DNA from: Candidatus Omnitrophota bacterium
GTDB taxonomy: Bacteria > Omnitrophota > Gorgyraeia > Pluralincolimonadales > Pluralincolimonadaceae
Reading direction: 5' to 3'
Length of the DNA: 64,000 nucleotides
Assembly: GCA_003141835.1 (NCBI GenBank)
Contig: PLNR01000008.1
Span: forward strand, 61,564 to 125,563
Shown here one piece after another: positions 9,222 to 20,737 of this stretch. Made by a program: the position numbers and the translations under genes. The notes below the pieces were generated by a model. It was not told the origin of the DNA and did no database searches. It saw only the letters and a program-made list of their open reading frames with translations. Numbering within the stretch: position 1 is the stretch's first letter; the number at the start of each line of letters is the position of its first letter.

Positions 9222-10739
9222 ATGACCGGGGTTGCAAAGAGCGAACTCATCGGCAAGGGTGATCACGCTTACTCTGTTCCTTTTTACGGGGAAAAAAGGC
9301 GTGTCCTGATCGACCTTGTCTTCAAATACAGCCGTGAGATCGAAAGTAAATACGATTACGTGAAGCGGGAAGGTAAAGTGTTCTACGGCGAAGTCTTTTT
9401 GCCGTTGCTGAACCACGGCAAAGGGATCTTTGTCTGGTCCAAGGCCTCGCCGCTTTACGACAGCTCCGGCAAACTTACCGGCGCCATAGAATCTATCCGG
9501 GATATAACCGAACAAAAACTCGCCAAAGAGAACCTCGGGAAACTCAACGAGGAGCTTACCAAATCCAACAGGATCTTCAAGCAGCTCGCCCTCAAGGATT
9601 CGCACACCGGCCTTTATAACCATCGTTATTTAGGCGAAGTCATCGAGGCCGAGTTCTTCCGCGCCAAGAGGTACGCCCACCCGCTCTCGGCGATACTTGC
9701 GGACATAGACTACTTTAAATCCATAAACGACGTTTATGGCCACCAGTTCGGCGACCTCATCCTGAAGCAGTTCGCGCGGCAGCTCAAGATGGCGGTCCGC
9801 CAGTATGACATAGTGGTGCGCACGGGAGGAGAGGAGTTCGTGGTATTATCGCCGGCTACTAACAGGTCGGACACCGTGGCCCTGGCTGAAAGGATCCTGG
9901 AGATAATAAGCCTCTACGATTTCGGGGATGAGTCGCATAAAGTAAAACTCAAGATAAGCATCGCGGTGGCGTCGTACCCCGAAGACAAGATAATGAAAGG
10001 GATGGACCTCATAGACATGGCCGACCGCATCCTGGTCAAGGTCAAGGAGTTCGGGGGTAACAGGGTATATTCGTCGGCGGACCTGAAGAGCCAGGATAAA
10101 CCTGCCGAGGAGACCGAAAAGACGCCCGACGTAAAACTATTGAAGAAGGAATTGGAGAAGTTGACCAGGCAGGCGAACCAGGGCCTGATAGAATCGATAT
10201 TCGCTTTCGCAAAGACGATCGAGCTCAAGGACCACTATACCGGTGAGCATGTCGAGAAGACCGTCCATTATGCCACCGAGGTGGCGCGCGAGCTCGGACT
10301 CCCGAATGATGAAGTGGACAAGATAAGGAAAGCCTCTATTTTACACGACCTCGGCAAGATAGGCATAAGCGAAAACATCCTCCTTAAAAAAGGGAAGTTG
10401 ACTACCGAGGAATTCGACGAGATCAAGAAGCATCCTCAGATAGCGGTGGACATTTTAAGGCCCATCCAATCGCTGCAGGGCGTCATCCCCATGATATACT
10501 ATCATCACGAGAGATGGGACGGAGGGGGATACTTGAACGGGTTGAAGGGCGATGAGATACCTATAGGGGCCAGGATAATCGCGGTCTCCGACGTCTATGA
10601 GGCGCTGACCTCTGACCGCCCCTACCGCAAGGCTTTTTCTAGGGATGAAGCTATAAATATGGTCAAGGATAGTTCCGGTACCCAGTTCGACCCGAAGGTG
10701 GTGGACGCTTTCTTAAAGGTCCTCCAACAGGAAAAATAG
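9222..10739 (+). CDS. PAS-GGDEF-HD-GYP signalling protein (diguanylate cyclase plus HD-GYP phosphodiesterase); N-terminus probably extends to about 9102
   Basis: RTGGEEFVVL GGDEF active site. HD-GYP motifs HDLGK and HHERWDGGGY. PAS-like sequence continues in-frame upstream of the first ATG. Confidence 0.85.
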   Translation: MTGVAKSELIGKGDHAYSVPFYGEKRRVLIDLVFKYSREIESKYDYVKREGKVFYGEVFLPLLNHGKGIFVWSKASPLYDSSGKLTGAIESIRDITEQKLAKENLGKLNEELTKSNRIFKQLALKDSHTGLYNHRYLGEVIEAEFFRAKRYAHPLSAILADIDYFKSINDVYGHQFGDLILKQFARQLKMAVRQYDIVVRTGGEEFVVLSPATNRSDTVALAERILEIISLYDFGDESHKVKLKISIAVASYPEDKIMKGMDLIDMADRILVKVKEFGGNRVYSSADLKSQDKPAEETEKTPDVKLLKKELEKLTRQANQGLIESIFAFAKTIELKDHYTGEHVEKTVHYATEVARELGLPNDEVDKIRKASILHDLGKIGISENILLKKGKLTTEEFDEIKKHPQIAVDILRPIQSLQGVIPMIYYHHERWDGGGYLNGLKGDEIPIGARIIAVSDVYEALTSDRPYRKAFSRDEAINMVKDSSGTQFDPKVVDAFLKVLQQEK

Positions 10740-10743
10740 GCCG

Positions 10744-11955
10744 TTGGACAGAATAAAGAAGATACTTATCATTTCGTCGGACAAGAGCCTCAGGGAAGTC
10801 CTGAGTTTCTGTTTCGACGGCTGGGGTTATGAAGTATACCCGCACGAATCCCATCTCCGCGACATCAACCCGATAAAAAAGATATCTCCCGACGTCATAG
10901 TGGTGGACGTCCATTCCGCCAGCAAGGCGGACCTGGAGATCTGCCGCCTGTTAAAAGACGATTTCGTAACCGCTTTTATCCCGGTCATAACCCTCATCAA
11001 CAAGCGCCAGCTCAGGACGCAGCTTTTGAACCTGAAACAAGGCGTCGACGATTACCTGATCAAGCCGCCGGACCCGCTCGACCTGCGCGTCAGGGTCGAG
11101 ATGGCCATGCGGAGGGCGCAGTACGGTTTTTATGCCAGCCCGCTTACAGGCCTGCCCGGAGGGCGGATAATCGAAGAGGCGGTGCAGGAGAGATTGAAGA
11201 AGGACATCTCTTTTTCCTTCGGGTACCTGGACATAGACAGTTTCAAATATTTCAACGACGTCTACGGATACCTGAAAGGCGACAGGGCGATAATGCAGAC
11301 CGCCTATGTCCTTTACACGACTATCAAAAAATACGGCAACCCCGGTGATTTCATCGGCCACATAGGAGGGGATGATTTCATGTTCATAACCTCCATAGAT
11401 AAGTACAAGGAAGTCTGCCATAACATGATCCTCGCTTTCGACAGGATAATACCTTTCCACTATTCACTGGAAGACAGGAAGCAGGGGTTCATCTACGCGA
11501 AGGACAGGACGCGCAAGATGGTAAAGGTGGACCTGATGAGCATATCGCTTGCCGTCGTCAACAGGGAGAGCCACTCGGAATTGCACAGCATAATCCAGAT
11601 AAACGAGAGGTTGGCCGAGATCAAGAGTTTCCTTAAGGAGATAGCCGGGAGCAAGTTCATGGAGGACAGGAGGAGCAGCAAGACCGGGGAATTCGTAGGG
11701 CCGCAGTTATATAAGAAGCCGGATGTCTCTTTGGACCCTTATGTGCCGCTCGGGACGATCCTGCTGGAGAAGAAGATGCTTACCCCGGACCAGCTTGACG
11801 AGGCGCTTAACATCCACTGGAGGAGGGGCATCCTCTTCGGCGAGGTGCTCAAAGAGCTCGGATTTATCAAGGAAGAAGAGCTGCGTGAAGCCCTAAGGGA
11901 ACAGTATTCATCGAAACACCATCCGGCACATCCAAAAATTATTCTTGACAAATAA
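10744..11955 (+). CDS. response-regulator receiver + degenerate GGDEF (GGDDF) + C-terminal MshEN/T2SS-E N-terminal-like domain
   Basis: N-terminal CheY-like region; HIGGDDFMF degenerate GGDEF; C-terminal LDEALNIHWRRGILFGEVLKELGFIKEEELREAL resembles the GspE/MshE N-domain. Confidence 0.65.
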   Translation: MDRIKKILIISSDKSLREVLSFCFDGWGYEVYPHESHLRDINPIKKISPDVIVVDVHSASKADLEICRLLKDDFVTAFIPVITLINKRQLRTQLLNLKQGVDDYLIKPPDPLDLRVRVEMAMRRAQYGFYASPLTGLPGGRIIEEAVQERLKKDISFSFGYLDIDSFKYFNDVYGYLKGDRAIMQTAYVLYTTIKKYGNPGDFIGHIGGDDFMFITSIDKYKEVCHNMILAFDRIIPFHYSLEDRKQGFIYAKDRTRKMVKVDLMSISLAVVNRESHSELHSIIQINERLAEIKSFLKEIAGSKFMEDRRSSKTGEFVGPQLYKKPDVSLDPYVPLGTILLEKKMLTPDQLDEALNIHWRRGILFGEVLKELGFIKEEELREALREQYSSKHHPAHPKIILDK

Positions 11956-12032
11956 ATTAACGATGGTATAATTTGGGCAATTGAAGAAAGCGGTAATTTG
12001 AGGCGTATTGCTCCGCTTTATAAATGTGCTAA

Positions 12033-13430
<1,398 letters not shown>

Positions 13431-13437
13431 GGATAAA

Positions 13438-14571
13438 ATGACAGTTGAGAACAGCGTAGGCACAGTAAAGACGAAGTATTTCACTTTCGCGGAACCTCCG
13501 CGAGAGTTGAAGCTGGAGTCCGGCCAGTCGCTGGGCCCGATCACTTTGGCTTACGAGACCTACGGCACCCTGAACAGCCAGAAGAGCAACGCGATACTGA
13601 TAGAGCACGCGCTGTCAGGGGACGCGCACGCGGCCGGCTTCCACGAGGGCGAGAAGGATCCGGGCTGGTGGGATTCGATGATAGGCCCGGGAAAAGCGTT
13701 CGACACGTCGAAATATTTCGTGATCTGTTCCAATGTCATCGGCGGATGCAAGGGGAGCACCGGCCCTTCCTCGGTCAACCCGAAGACGGGGAAGCCCTAT
13801 GCGCTGGAATTCCCGCTGATAACGATATCCGATATGGTCCATGCCCAGAGCCATTTGATAAACCATCTCGGCATAGACAAGCTGCTTTGCGTGGTAGGCG
13901 GCTCGATGGGCGGGATGCAGACACTCCAATGGGTAGCGTCTTACCCTGACAGGGTGCGTTCTGCCATACCCATTGCTACGGCGCTGAAACATTCTCCGCA
14001 GCAGATAGCTTTTAACGAGGTCGGAAGGCAGGCTGTAATGGCTGACCTGGAGTGGAGAGAAGGGGACTATTACGAGCACGGCCAACCCGAGAGGGGCCTG
14101 GCGGTCGCGCGCATGGTCGGCCACATAACTTATATGAGCGACCAGTCGATGGAGGAGAAGTTCTCGCGCCGGCTTAAAGAAAAGAATTACAGCTTTACGT
14201 TCAAGACAGATTTCGAGGTAGAGGGTTATTTGAGATACAAGGGTGACGCTTTTGTGAAGCGCTTTGACGCCAATTCGTATCTCTATATAACCAAGGCGCT
14301 CGATTATTTCGATCTTTCCGACGGGAAGCTTATACGCCAGGGGAAGGCCGTGGATACCCGCTTCCTGGTCATCGCTTTCAAGTCGGACTGGCTCTATCCT
14401 TCTTACCAGCTGCAGGATATCGTGCGCCAGCTTAAGACCAGGCATGTCGACGCCACGTATTGCGAGGTCAAGTCGACTTACGGGCACGACGCGTTCCTGC
14501 TCGAGGTGGAGGAGGAGACGCACCTGGTAAAGCACTTCCTCAAAAAAATATACAAGGAAGGTGAAAAATAA
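13438..14571 (+). CDS. metX: homoserine O-acetyltransferase
   Basis: Alpha/beta hydrolase GGSMGGMQ nucleophile elbow; adjacent to metW. Confidence 0.85.
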   Translation: MTVENSVGTVKTKYFTFAEPPRELKLESGQSLGPITLAYETYGTLNSQKSNAILIEHALSGDAHAAGFHEGEKDPGWWDSMIGPGKAFDTSKYFVICSNVIGGCKGSTGPSSVNPKTGKPYALEFPLITISDMVHAQSHLINHLGIDKLLCVVGGSMGGMQTLQWVASYPDRVRSAIPIATALKHSPQQIAFNEVGRQAVMADLEWREGDYYEHGQPERGLAVARMVGHITYMSDQSMEEKFSRRLKEKNYSFTFKTDFEVEGYLRYKGDAFVKRFDANSYLYITKALDYFDLSDGKLIRQGKAVDTRFLVIAFKSDWLYPSYQLQDIVRQLKTRHVDATYCEVKSTYGHDAFLLEVEEETHLVKHFLKKIYKEGEK

Positions 14572-15165
14572 ATGGCGGAAGAGATAGCGAGGCTGGACCA
14601 TAAAGTAATATACGGGATAATCGAACCCGGCTCGGGGGTCTTGGACCTCGGCTGCGGCGAAGGGGACTTGCTTTACCTTCTCTCGAAGGGGAAGGGGATA
14701 AAGGCGCAGGGGATAGAACTGAGCGAAGAAGCGATCTATAAATGCGTGGAGAAGGGATTGAGCGTATTCCACGGGGATATAGACAGCGGCCTGACCGAAT
14801 ATCCCGACAAATCTTTCGATTACGTCATACTTAACCAGAGCATGCAGGAGGTCAGGAAGGTAGACTTCGTAATAGACGAGGCGCTCAGGGTGGGCAGGAA
14901 CGTAATCGTCGGCTTCCCTAATTTCGCCTACTGGCGCGCGAGGCTCAGGCTTGTCGTAAAAGGCAAGACGCCGGTCACCTATTCGCTCCCGTACAGGTGG
15001 TATAATACCCCTAACCTGCATTTCCTGAGCATAAGCGACTTCAAGGAGTTCTGCGCGGAAAAGGGGATCTCCATCATCAGCGAGCATTACCTGGGGAAGA
15101 ACAAGTCCGCCGGCATCCTGCCAAACCTTTTCGCCTTGAACGCCGTGTTCGTAATAACCAAGTAG
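14572..15165 (+). CDS. metW: methionine biosynthesis protein MetW
   Basis: SAM-MTase-like LDLGCGEGDLL motif, 197 aa, canonical metX-metW pairing. Confidence 0.8.
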   Translation: MAEEIARLDHKVIYGIIEPGSGVLDLGCGEGDLLYLLSKGKGIKAQGIELSEEAIYKCVEKGLSVFHGDIDSGLTEYPDKSFDYVILNQSMQEVRKVDFVIDEALRVGRNVIVGFPNFAYWRARLRLVVKGKTPVTYSLPYRWYNTPNLHFLSISDFKEFCAEKGISIISEHYLGKNKSAGILPNLFALNAVFVITK

Positions 15166-15185
15166 AAAAAAGAAAGGAGGATGGT

Positions 15186-15944
15186 ATGAAAAAGGTGCTT
15201 ATCGTAATTGCCGTAGTCCTCGTCGCTTTATTCCTCGCCAAAGACTTTATTGCCAGCTCGTTTTTAACAATAGCGGTGAGGTCCTTTACCGACCTTTCAG
15301 CGAGTTTACAAAGCGTCAGCATAAACGTTTTCAAGAGCACGGTCGATGTCAAAGGGTTCAAATTATACAACCCTTCGAGGCTTTTCAAGGACAAGGTCAT
15401 GGTGGATATGCCGGAGGTTTATATCAGTTATTATCCCGGCTCATTCCTGATGGGTACCAAACATCTCAAAGAAGTAAAACTCAATATCAGGGAGTTTGTG
15501 GTCGTAAAGAACGTGGACGGCAAGCTGAATCTCGATTACTTAAAGCCTGTACAGCAGCATATGGACCAAAAGAAAGACGCCAAAAAGCAGGATTACAAGT
15601 TTATGATCGACACCCTGGAGTTAAAGATAGACAAGGTCGCATATAAGGATTATTCGGGGTCAGGCGAGCCGATGGTGAAAGAGTACAATATAGGGGTTAA
15701 TGAGCGTTACACCAATATAACCAACCCGTATTCTTTCGCTGCCCTGGTTGTCTTCAAGGCCCTGGTCAATACCAGTATCGCGTCGCTTGCCCATTTTGAC
15801 CTCAGTCCGCTGAAGGTCTCCGCCTCAGACGTGATTTCCGCTGTGAACAGCGTTACGAGCGCAGGCGGCGATGTAGCTAATGATGCCGTAAAAGCAGTAA
15901 AAAACTTACTGCCATTCGGAAAGCAGGGAGCAGTAAAGAAGTAA
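15186..15944 (+). CDS. hypothetical membrane-anchored protein
   Basis: N-terminal TM/signal anchor; no recognisable domain. Confidence 0.5.
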   Translation: MKKVLIVIAVVLVALFLAKDFIASSFLTIAVRSFTDLSASLQSVSINVFKSTVDVKGFKLYNPSRLFKDKVMVDMPEVYISYYPGSFLMGTKHLKEVKLNIREFVVVKNVDGKLNLDYLKPVQQHMDQKKDAKKQDYKFMIDTLELKIDKVAYKDYSGSGEPMVKEYNIGVNERYTNITNPYSFAALVVFKALVNTSIASLAHFDLSPLKVSASDVISAVNSVTSAGGDVANDAVKAVKNLLPFGKQGAVKK

Positions 15945-15961
15945 TCGCAAAGTATTATGTT

Positions 15962-15990
15962 TTGACACTTGATTTGTAAAGAGTTATAAT
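15962..15990 (+). promoter_or_regulatory. consensus sigma-70 promoter (TTGACA-17-TATAAT) about 9 nt upstream of the ATG at 16000; implies a leaderless or near-leaderless mRNA
   Basis: Perfect hexamers with a 17-nt spacer; no SD before the ATG. Confidence 0.6.
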
Positions 15991-15999
15991 AAGTTCATC

Positions 16000-16737
16000 A
16001 TGAGATTCAAGCATACCCCTACTTACGTCTTGCTCCTTTTTGTTTTCTGCCAGCCTGTTTTTGCGCAGGACGGTGATATGCTATTGTGGGACGGCCTTGA
16101 AAATAGCAGCAACTGGAGTTTAAATGCCCCGGGTAATTTAGCCGTTAGCTCTGACCACAAGACGGAAGGGAATAGCAGTTTGGCGGTGAATGTTAACGGC
16201 CAAGTACCCTCGACCGGCGTCGTCATCAGGAAAGCGAACACCAGTCTCGACGTCTCTTTAGCGAATAAGGTGGTCCTGGATATCTATAACAGTGGCGCAC
16301 CGTGCAAGATGGCGCTCGGTTTCGAGACGGATAGTTACCACGAAAGCGTCCCCAAGACCCTCAATAGCGGCATGAACAGTAACGTCACGTTTGAGATCTC
16401 CTCAAAGGATTTCAAGGCCCCGTTCGATTATTCCAGCACGGCAAAGAACGTGATGTTTGTAGTCTATCCGTCCGGCAATTCGATAGATTCGGTTTATTTA
16501 GACAATATCCGCGTAAAAAAATATGGCGGGCTTAAATCAACCCCGCCGGGGATCTCGCCGGCAGCGCAGATCTTGGCGGAAGAACCGGTGACTCCGGAAG
16601 TGACCCCGGAATACACAGGGTCTTACGGCGTAGCCGGCTTTGCACCCAGGGAGGATCATACGGTGCCGGAACATAAGACTGCCGTCATATTCGGGCTGGG
16701 CCTCGTCGGACTCCTTTTTTACCGGAAAAAATCCTAA
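16000..16737 (+). CDS. secreted protein with PEP-CTERM-like C-terminal sorting signal
   Basis: Signal peptide; C-terminal VPEH, then a hydrophobic helix, then YRKKS. Confidence 0.6.
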   Translation: MRFKHTPTYVLLLFVFCQPVFAQDGDMLLWDGLENSSNWSLNAPGNLAVSSDHKTEGNSSLAVNVNGQVPSTGVVIRKANTSLDVSLANKVVLDIYNSGAPCKMALGFETDSYHESVPKTLNSGMNSNVTFEISSKDFKAPFDYSSTAKNVMFVVYPSGNSIDSVYLDNIRVKKYGGLKSTPPGISPAAQILAEEPVTPEVTPEYTGSYGVAGFAPREDHTVPEHKTAVIFGLGLVGLLFYRKKS

Positions 16738-16766
16738 AAACTCCCCATTTAAGGTATAATATCCCC

Positions 16767-17456
16767 ATGCGTAAATTATTCTTTATAGCATCCACGTTGT
16801 TTTTTATATTTAATTTTCTACGTGTTTATGCGTCTCCTGCGTATGGAACCGACACCCCGGACAAAGGCAAGATCTCGATAGGGTACCAGGCAAACCTCGT
16901 ATTCAGGCAGCCGTTAAGCAGCTCGCACGGCAATGTCAGGAGCTACCAGCATTTTGTAGACCTCTCTTACGGCGCGTTGGACTGGTTCACCTTCGACGGC
17001 AAGCTTGGCGTAGGCGACATCAGGCAGAGCGGGGGGAACAGGCCGGAGATAAATTTCGGGACAGGCTTCGCGGGAGGATACGGATTCAGGATCCTCCTCT
17101 GGAACAAGCCAACGGATAAGACCAGGGTAACCGTCGGGTTCCATCATATAAGCGTCCATCCCAATGACGAAAATGTTGGCGGGAACCTGTATGAGACTTT
17201 CCTTGACGATTGGCAGGTCGATCTCCTCGCGTCCAAGAAATTCGGTAAATTCGAACCGTTTGCCGGAGGGATGGCCTCAATATTCGACCAGGGCTATCGC
17301 ATAAACCACGGTGACAGGACAAGGATGCATTCGAAATATTACGGCGGCGTGATAGCCGGCTGCGGGTTCGACATCCGCAAGGACGTGAAGCTTAAGGTGG
17401 AAGGCCATTTCATAGACGAGGATTCGCTGAGCGCGGGGTTATATTATTCATACTGA
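16767..17456 (+). CDS. putative outer-membrane beta-barrel protein
   Basis: Signal peptide, alternating beta-strand pattern, C-terminal aromatic residue (YSY). Confidence 0.5.
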   Translation: MRKLFFIASTLFFIFNFLRVYASPAYGTDTPDKGKISIGYQANLVFRQPLSSSHGNVRSYQHFVDLSYGALDWFTFDGKLGVGDIRQSGGNRPEINFGTGFAGGYGFRILLWNKPTDKTRVTVGFHHISVHPNDENVGGNLYETFLDDWQVDLLASKKFGKFEPFAGGMASIFDQGYRINHGDRTRMHSKYYGGVIAGCGFDIRKDVKLKVEGHFIDEDSLSAGLYYSY

Positions 17457-17463
17457 GGATACC

Positions 17464-17763
17464 ATGGAAGACAGGCAATATCTGGAGTGCCAGGAGAAAC
17501 AAGAAGCGGAATATGAGGCGTTATGCAAGCGGTGCGGAGCCTGCTGCGGCATAAAGGACGGTGATCCCTGCGTGGAGCTTATTGCCGAACCGGACGGAGT
17601 GCATTATCGCTGCCGCATTTATGAGTCCCGCCTTGGCAAAAGGAAGACCGTAAGCGGTAAAGAGTTTACCTGTGTCGAGTTGCGCGATATATTGGGTAAG
17701 TCGTGGGAAGGGCACCCCGAATGCGCTTATGTGCAGGCAATGAACGGCAAGACAGGAGGCTGA
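17464..17763 (+). CDS. YkgJ-family cysteine-cluster protein (CxxCxxCC)
   Basis: CKRCGACCG motif. Confidence 0.6.
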   Translation: MEDRQYLECQEKQEAEYEALCKRCGACCGIKDGDPCVELIAEPDGVHYRCRIYESRLGKRKTVSGKEFTCVELRDILGKSWEGHPECAYVQAMNGKTGG

Positions 17764-17764
17764 A

Positions 17765-18259
17765 ATGGACACGTCGGAAATTTTTAAGTCCCGGATAAGC
17801 GTCCGGGAATACAGCGACAAACCCGTAGAAAAAGAAAAATTAGAAAAGATGGTAGATGCCGGACACCTGGCGCCGACCGCAAGGGGCGAACAGCCGTGGG
17901 AATTTGTGATCGTGACCAACAAGGCAAAGGTAGCAGAACTCGCGGAAATAACCGACCACGGCAAGTTCATGGCAGGCGCCGCGGCTTCGATCGTGGTTTT
18001 TTGCATGGATACGAAATATTATCTCGAGGACGGTTGCGCTGCCACGGAAAACATCCTACTGGCTGCGGCAGCCCAGGGAGTAGCGTCTTGCTGGATAGCC
18101 GGGGATAAGAAGGAATACGGCGTCAGGATCGCGAAGGCGCTCGGCGTCCCGGAAACTTACAAATTGATCAGCATAATTTCGCTCGGTTATCCGAAAGCCA
18201 AACCCGAGCCGCACCTGAAGCGGCATTTGAAAGAAGTTATCCACTGGGAGAAATTTTAA
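17765..18259 (+). CDS. nitroreductase family protein
   Basis: 164 aa nitroreductase fold (RISVREYSDKPV, GEQPWEFVIV). Confidence 0.7.
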   Translation: MDTSEIFKSRISVREYSDKPVEKEKLEKMVDAGHLAPTARGEQPWEFVIVTNKAKVAELAEITDHGKFMAGAAASIVVFCMDTKYYLEDGCAATENILLAAAAQGVASCWIAGDKKEYGVRIAKALGVPETYKLISIISLGYPKAKPEPHLKRHLKEVIHWEKF

Positions 18260-18492
18260 TGAAAAACGTCAAAATTTACAGCACGCCTACCTGCCCGTAT
18301 TGCATCAGGGCAAAAAAGTTCCTCGAAGAAAATAATATCCCGTTCGAGAATTTCGACGTTTCAGCCGACCAGCAGAAATCCGAGGAGATGGTCAAACTCT
18401 CCGGCCAGATGGGAGTCCCGGTTTTAGACATCGAGGGCAAGATAATAGTCGGCTTCGATAAAGATGAGATAAAAAAGGCATTAGAGATCTGA
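18259..18492 (+). CDS. glutaredoxin/NrdH-like redoxin
   Basis: CPYC active site at TCPYC; 77 aa. Confidence 0.8.
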   Translation: MKNVKIYSTPTCPYCIRAKKFLEENNIPFENFDVSADQQKSEEMVKLSGQMGVPVLDIEGKIIVGFDKDEIKKALEI

Positions 18493-19394
18493 TGGTTTAT
18501 GACCTTATCATCATAGGCGCCGGTCCCGCAGGCATCACAGCAGCCGTTTACGCGGCGCGCAAAAAGATGAGCATACTCGTCATAAGCCCTGATATCGGCG
18601 GCCAGGCCGCCTGGAGCGGCGATATCGAGAATTATACCGGCTACCAGTTCATAAGCGGGCCTGACCTTGCCGCGAAGTTCGAAGAGCATCTGAAAAAGTA
18701 TAACATCGAGCTTAAAGAAGGCGAGATGGCCATTGACCTTAAAAAACTGGTCGATACGGCGCTGGTAAAGACCAATAAGGGCGAGTACCGGGCAAAGGCC
18801 GTGATAGTCGCTTCCGGCAAAAGGTCCCGCGAACTCGGGGCGCCGGGGGAGAAGGAGTTCAAGAACAAAGGGGTAACATATTGCGCCACCTGCGACGGGC
18901 CGTTATTTTCCGGGAAGGATGTGGCGATCATAGGAGGCGGCAACTCAGCCCTTGACGCCGCCTTACAGATGGTAAGAATAGCGAAAAAGGTATACATCAT
19001 AAATAATGCGCAGAGGCTCAGGTGTGACCCCGTGATGCGCGATAAGGTCGAAAGCAACCCTATAGTCACGGTCCTGAACGAGAGCCGCGTCACCGCTGTT
19101 TTAGGCGATAAATTTGTAAATGCCATAAAGGTAGCCGCCAACGGCGAGGAACGCACCATAAATGTCCAGGGAATTTTTATCGAGATAGGCCTGATCCCGA
19201 ACTCTGATTTTGCCAAAGACCTGGCCAAAAACGAGATCGGCGAGATCAAGGTCAACAGCCGCAACGAGACCAGTATCCCCGGCATCTTCGCGGCCGGAGA
19301 CGTCACCGACGTCCCGGAGAAGCAGATAATCATCGCGGCAGGAGAGGGCTCAAAGGCCTGCCTGAGCGCGTTCAGATATCTATCGCAACAGTAA
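18492..19394 (+). CDS. trxB: thioredoxin-disulfide reductase-like FAD/NAD(P) oxidoreductase
   Basis: GAGPAG FAD motif, CATC redox-active disulfide, GGGNSA NADPH motif. Confidence 0.75.
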   Translation: MVYDLIIIGAGPAGITAAVYAARKKMSILVISPDIGGQAAWSGDIENYTGYQFISGPDLAAKFEEHLKKYNIELKEGEMAIDLKKLVDTALVKTNKGEYRAKAVIVASGKRSRELGAPGEKEFKNKGVTYCATCDGPLFSGKDVAIIGGGNSALDAALQMVRIAKKVYIINNAQRLRCDPVMRDKVESNPIVTVLNESRVTAVLGDKFVNAIKVAANGEERTINVQGIFIEIGLIPNSDFAKDLAKNEIGEIKVNSRNETSIPGIFAAGDVTDVPEKQIIIAAGEGSKACLSAFRYLSQQ

Positions 19395-19410
19395 AAAGGA
19401 GAAATAAACC

Positions 19411-20022
19411 ATGAAAGCCATCACCTTATCCGTTCTTTTATTATGTTTGCTTATGGCGCCCGGCAGGGCAGTGTTTTCCGCAGACCTCATGATAGCAAGC
19501 TTTGAGAAGAGCGGCCGCAGCGACATCGGCACAGATATCGGTACGTGGAATTACAATACCGCCGACCCTAACCAGGGCTGCGCTATCGAGGTGGTTACTG
19601 TGAAGGACGAATTGGGCAAGATAGGGGTCGAGACCAATGTCCTGAAGATATCATACAGGGTGGCGTCGTCTATGCCGGCGTTTAACGGCATCTATATCAA
19701 ACTCGACAGCGCGGACCTGAGCCCCTACGACGAGATGAGCATGCTGATCAAAGGCGACCGCGAAAGGGGATATACGTCCAAATTCAAGATCGAGATGAAG
19801 AACGACAAGGGCGAGCGCGTGGTATACCTGGTCAAGGATATAACCGGCGACTGGCAAAAGCTCGTAATCCCGATGAAGGAACTCAAGGCGCTGGGTTCGA
19901 TATCCGATTGGACGAAGATGAAAGAGATCGTCTTCACGTTCGACGATATAACTGCGGATGTCAGGATGGGTACCATTTACGTTGACGATATAATGTTCTC
20001 GAAGAAAGAACTATCCCAATAG
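19411..20022 (+). CDS. secreted hypothetical protein (paralog of 20035..20724)
   Basis: Signal peptide; the shared C-terminal IYVDDIMF / VYLDDLEL motif suggests a carbohydrate-binding-like beta-sandwich. Confidence 0.5.
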   Translation: MKAITLSVLLLCLLMAPGRAVFSADLMIASFEKSGRSDIGTDIGTWNYNTADPNQGCAIEVVTVKDELGKIGVETNVLKISYRVASSMPAFNGIYIKLDSADLSPYDEMSMLIKGDRERGYTSKFKIEMKNDKGERVVYLVKDITGDWQKLVIPMKELKALGSISDWTKMKEIVFTFDDITADVRMGTIYVDDIMFSKKELSQ

Positions 20023-20034
20023 GGAGGGAGAAAA

Positions 20035-20724
20035 ATGAATTTGAAGACAGCGGTTATATTGCCGGTTTTGGCCGCGGGATTATTGATATCAAGATCCGTA
20101 TTTTGCGAGGAAGTGCCGGTCCAGGTCCTTAAAATAGACGATTTCGACGGCAAAACGATGTACAACCTCCTGGGCGGGAAGACGCAGGGCTATGAGGAAG
20201 CAGGGGTAAAGTGCATACCAACATTTACCGACGATCCCAAAGAAAGGTTCGGCGACACAGGCGCGTCGCTCAAGCTCGATTTTGACGTGACCAAAAACCG
20301 AAGTTTCGCCTTTTACTGGTCAATGCTGACCGTCAAGAAGAATACGGTGGTCGAAGGCAGGAAGATCGAGATCATGTCTTTTGCCGACCTGCGCGGCCAT
20401 GACGTCCTGGAATTCCAGCTCAAGGACCCGCAGGGAGGGGCCGACTTCACTATAGAGATACATGAGGATGTCGACGGCGACGGCGTGTATATGATGGGGA
20501 TAGACAGGTCGTCATCGGTGGATGTCAGCCCGTATATCGACAGGATGGCCACCGGAAAATGGCAGAAGATATCGATACCTCTTATCAAATTCGCGAGCAT
20601 CAAGGATTGGAGCCGTCTCCTCGAGATAGTCTTCGTCTTCAAGAGCGGATACGGGATACTCAAAGGAACGGTTTATTTGGACGACCTGGAATTGGTAAAA
20701 TATCCTCCGAGAGAAATTCCATAA
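20035..20724 (+). CDS. secreted hypothetical protein (paralog of 19411..20022)
   Basis: Signal peptide; shared motifs with the preceding gene. Confidence 0.5.
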   Translation: MNLKTAVILPVLAAGLLISRSVFCEEVPVQVLKIDDFDGKTMYNLLGGKTQGYEEAGVKCIPTFTDDPKERFGDTGASLKLDFDVTKNRSFAFYWSMLTVKKNTVVEGRKIEIMSFADLRGHDVLEFQLKDPQGGADFTIEIHEDVDGDGVYMMGIDRSSSVDVSPYIDRMATGKWQKISIPLIKFASIKDWSRLLEIVFVFKSGYGILKGTVYLDDLELVKYPPREIP

Positions 20725-20737
20725 CAGCTAAGGAGAA

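Noticed and set aside
9009-9623. 204-aa minus-strand ORF
   Set aside because: Antisense to the PAS-GGDEF gene 5' region; shadow ORF.
13615-15087. 490-aa minus-strand ORF
   Set aside because: Antisense to metX/metW, which have clear catalytic motifs. Arg/Leu-rich shadow ORF.
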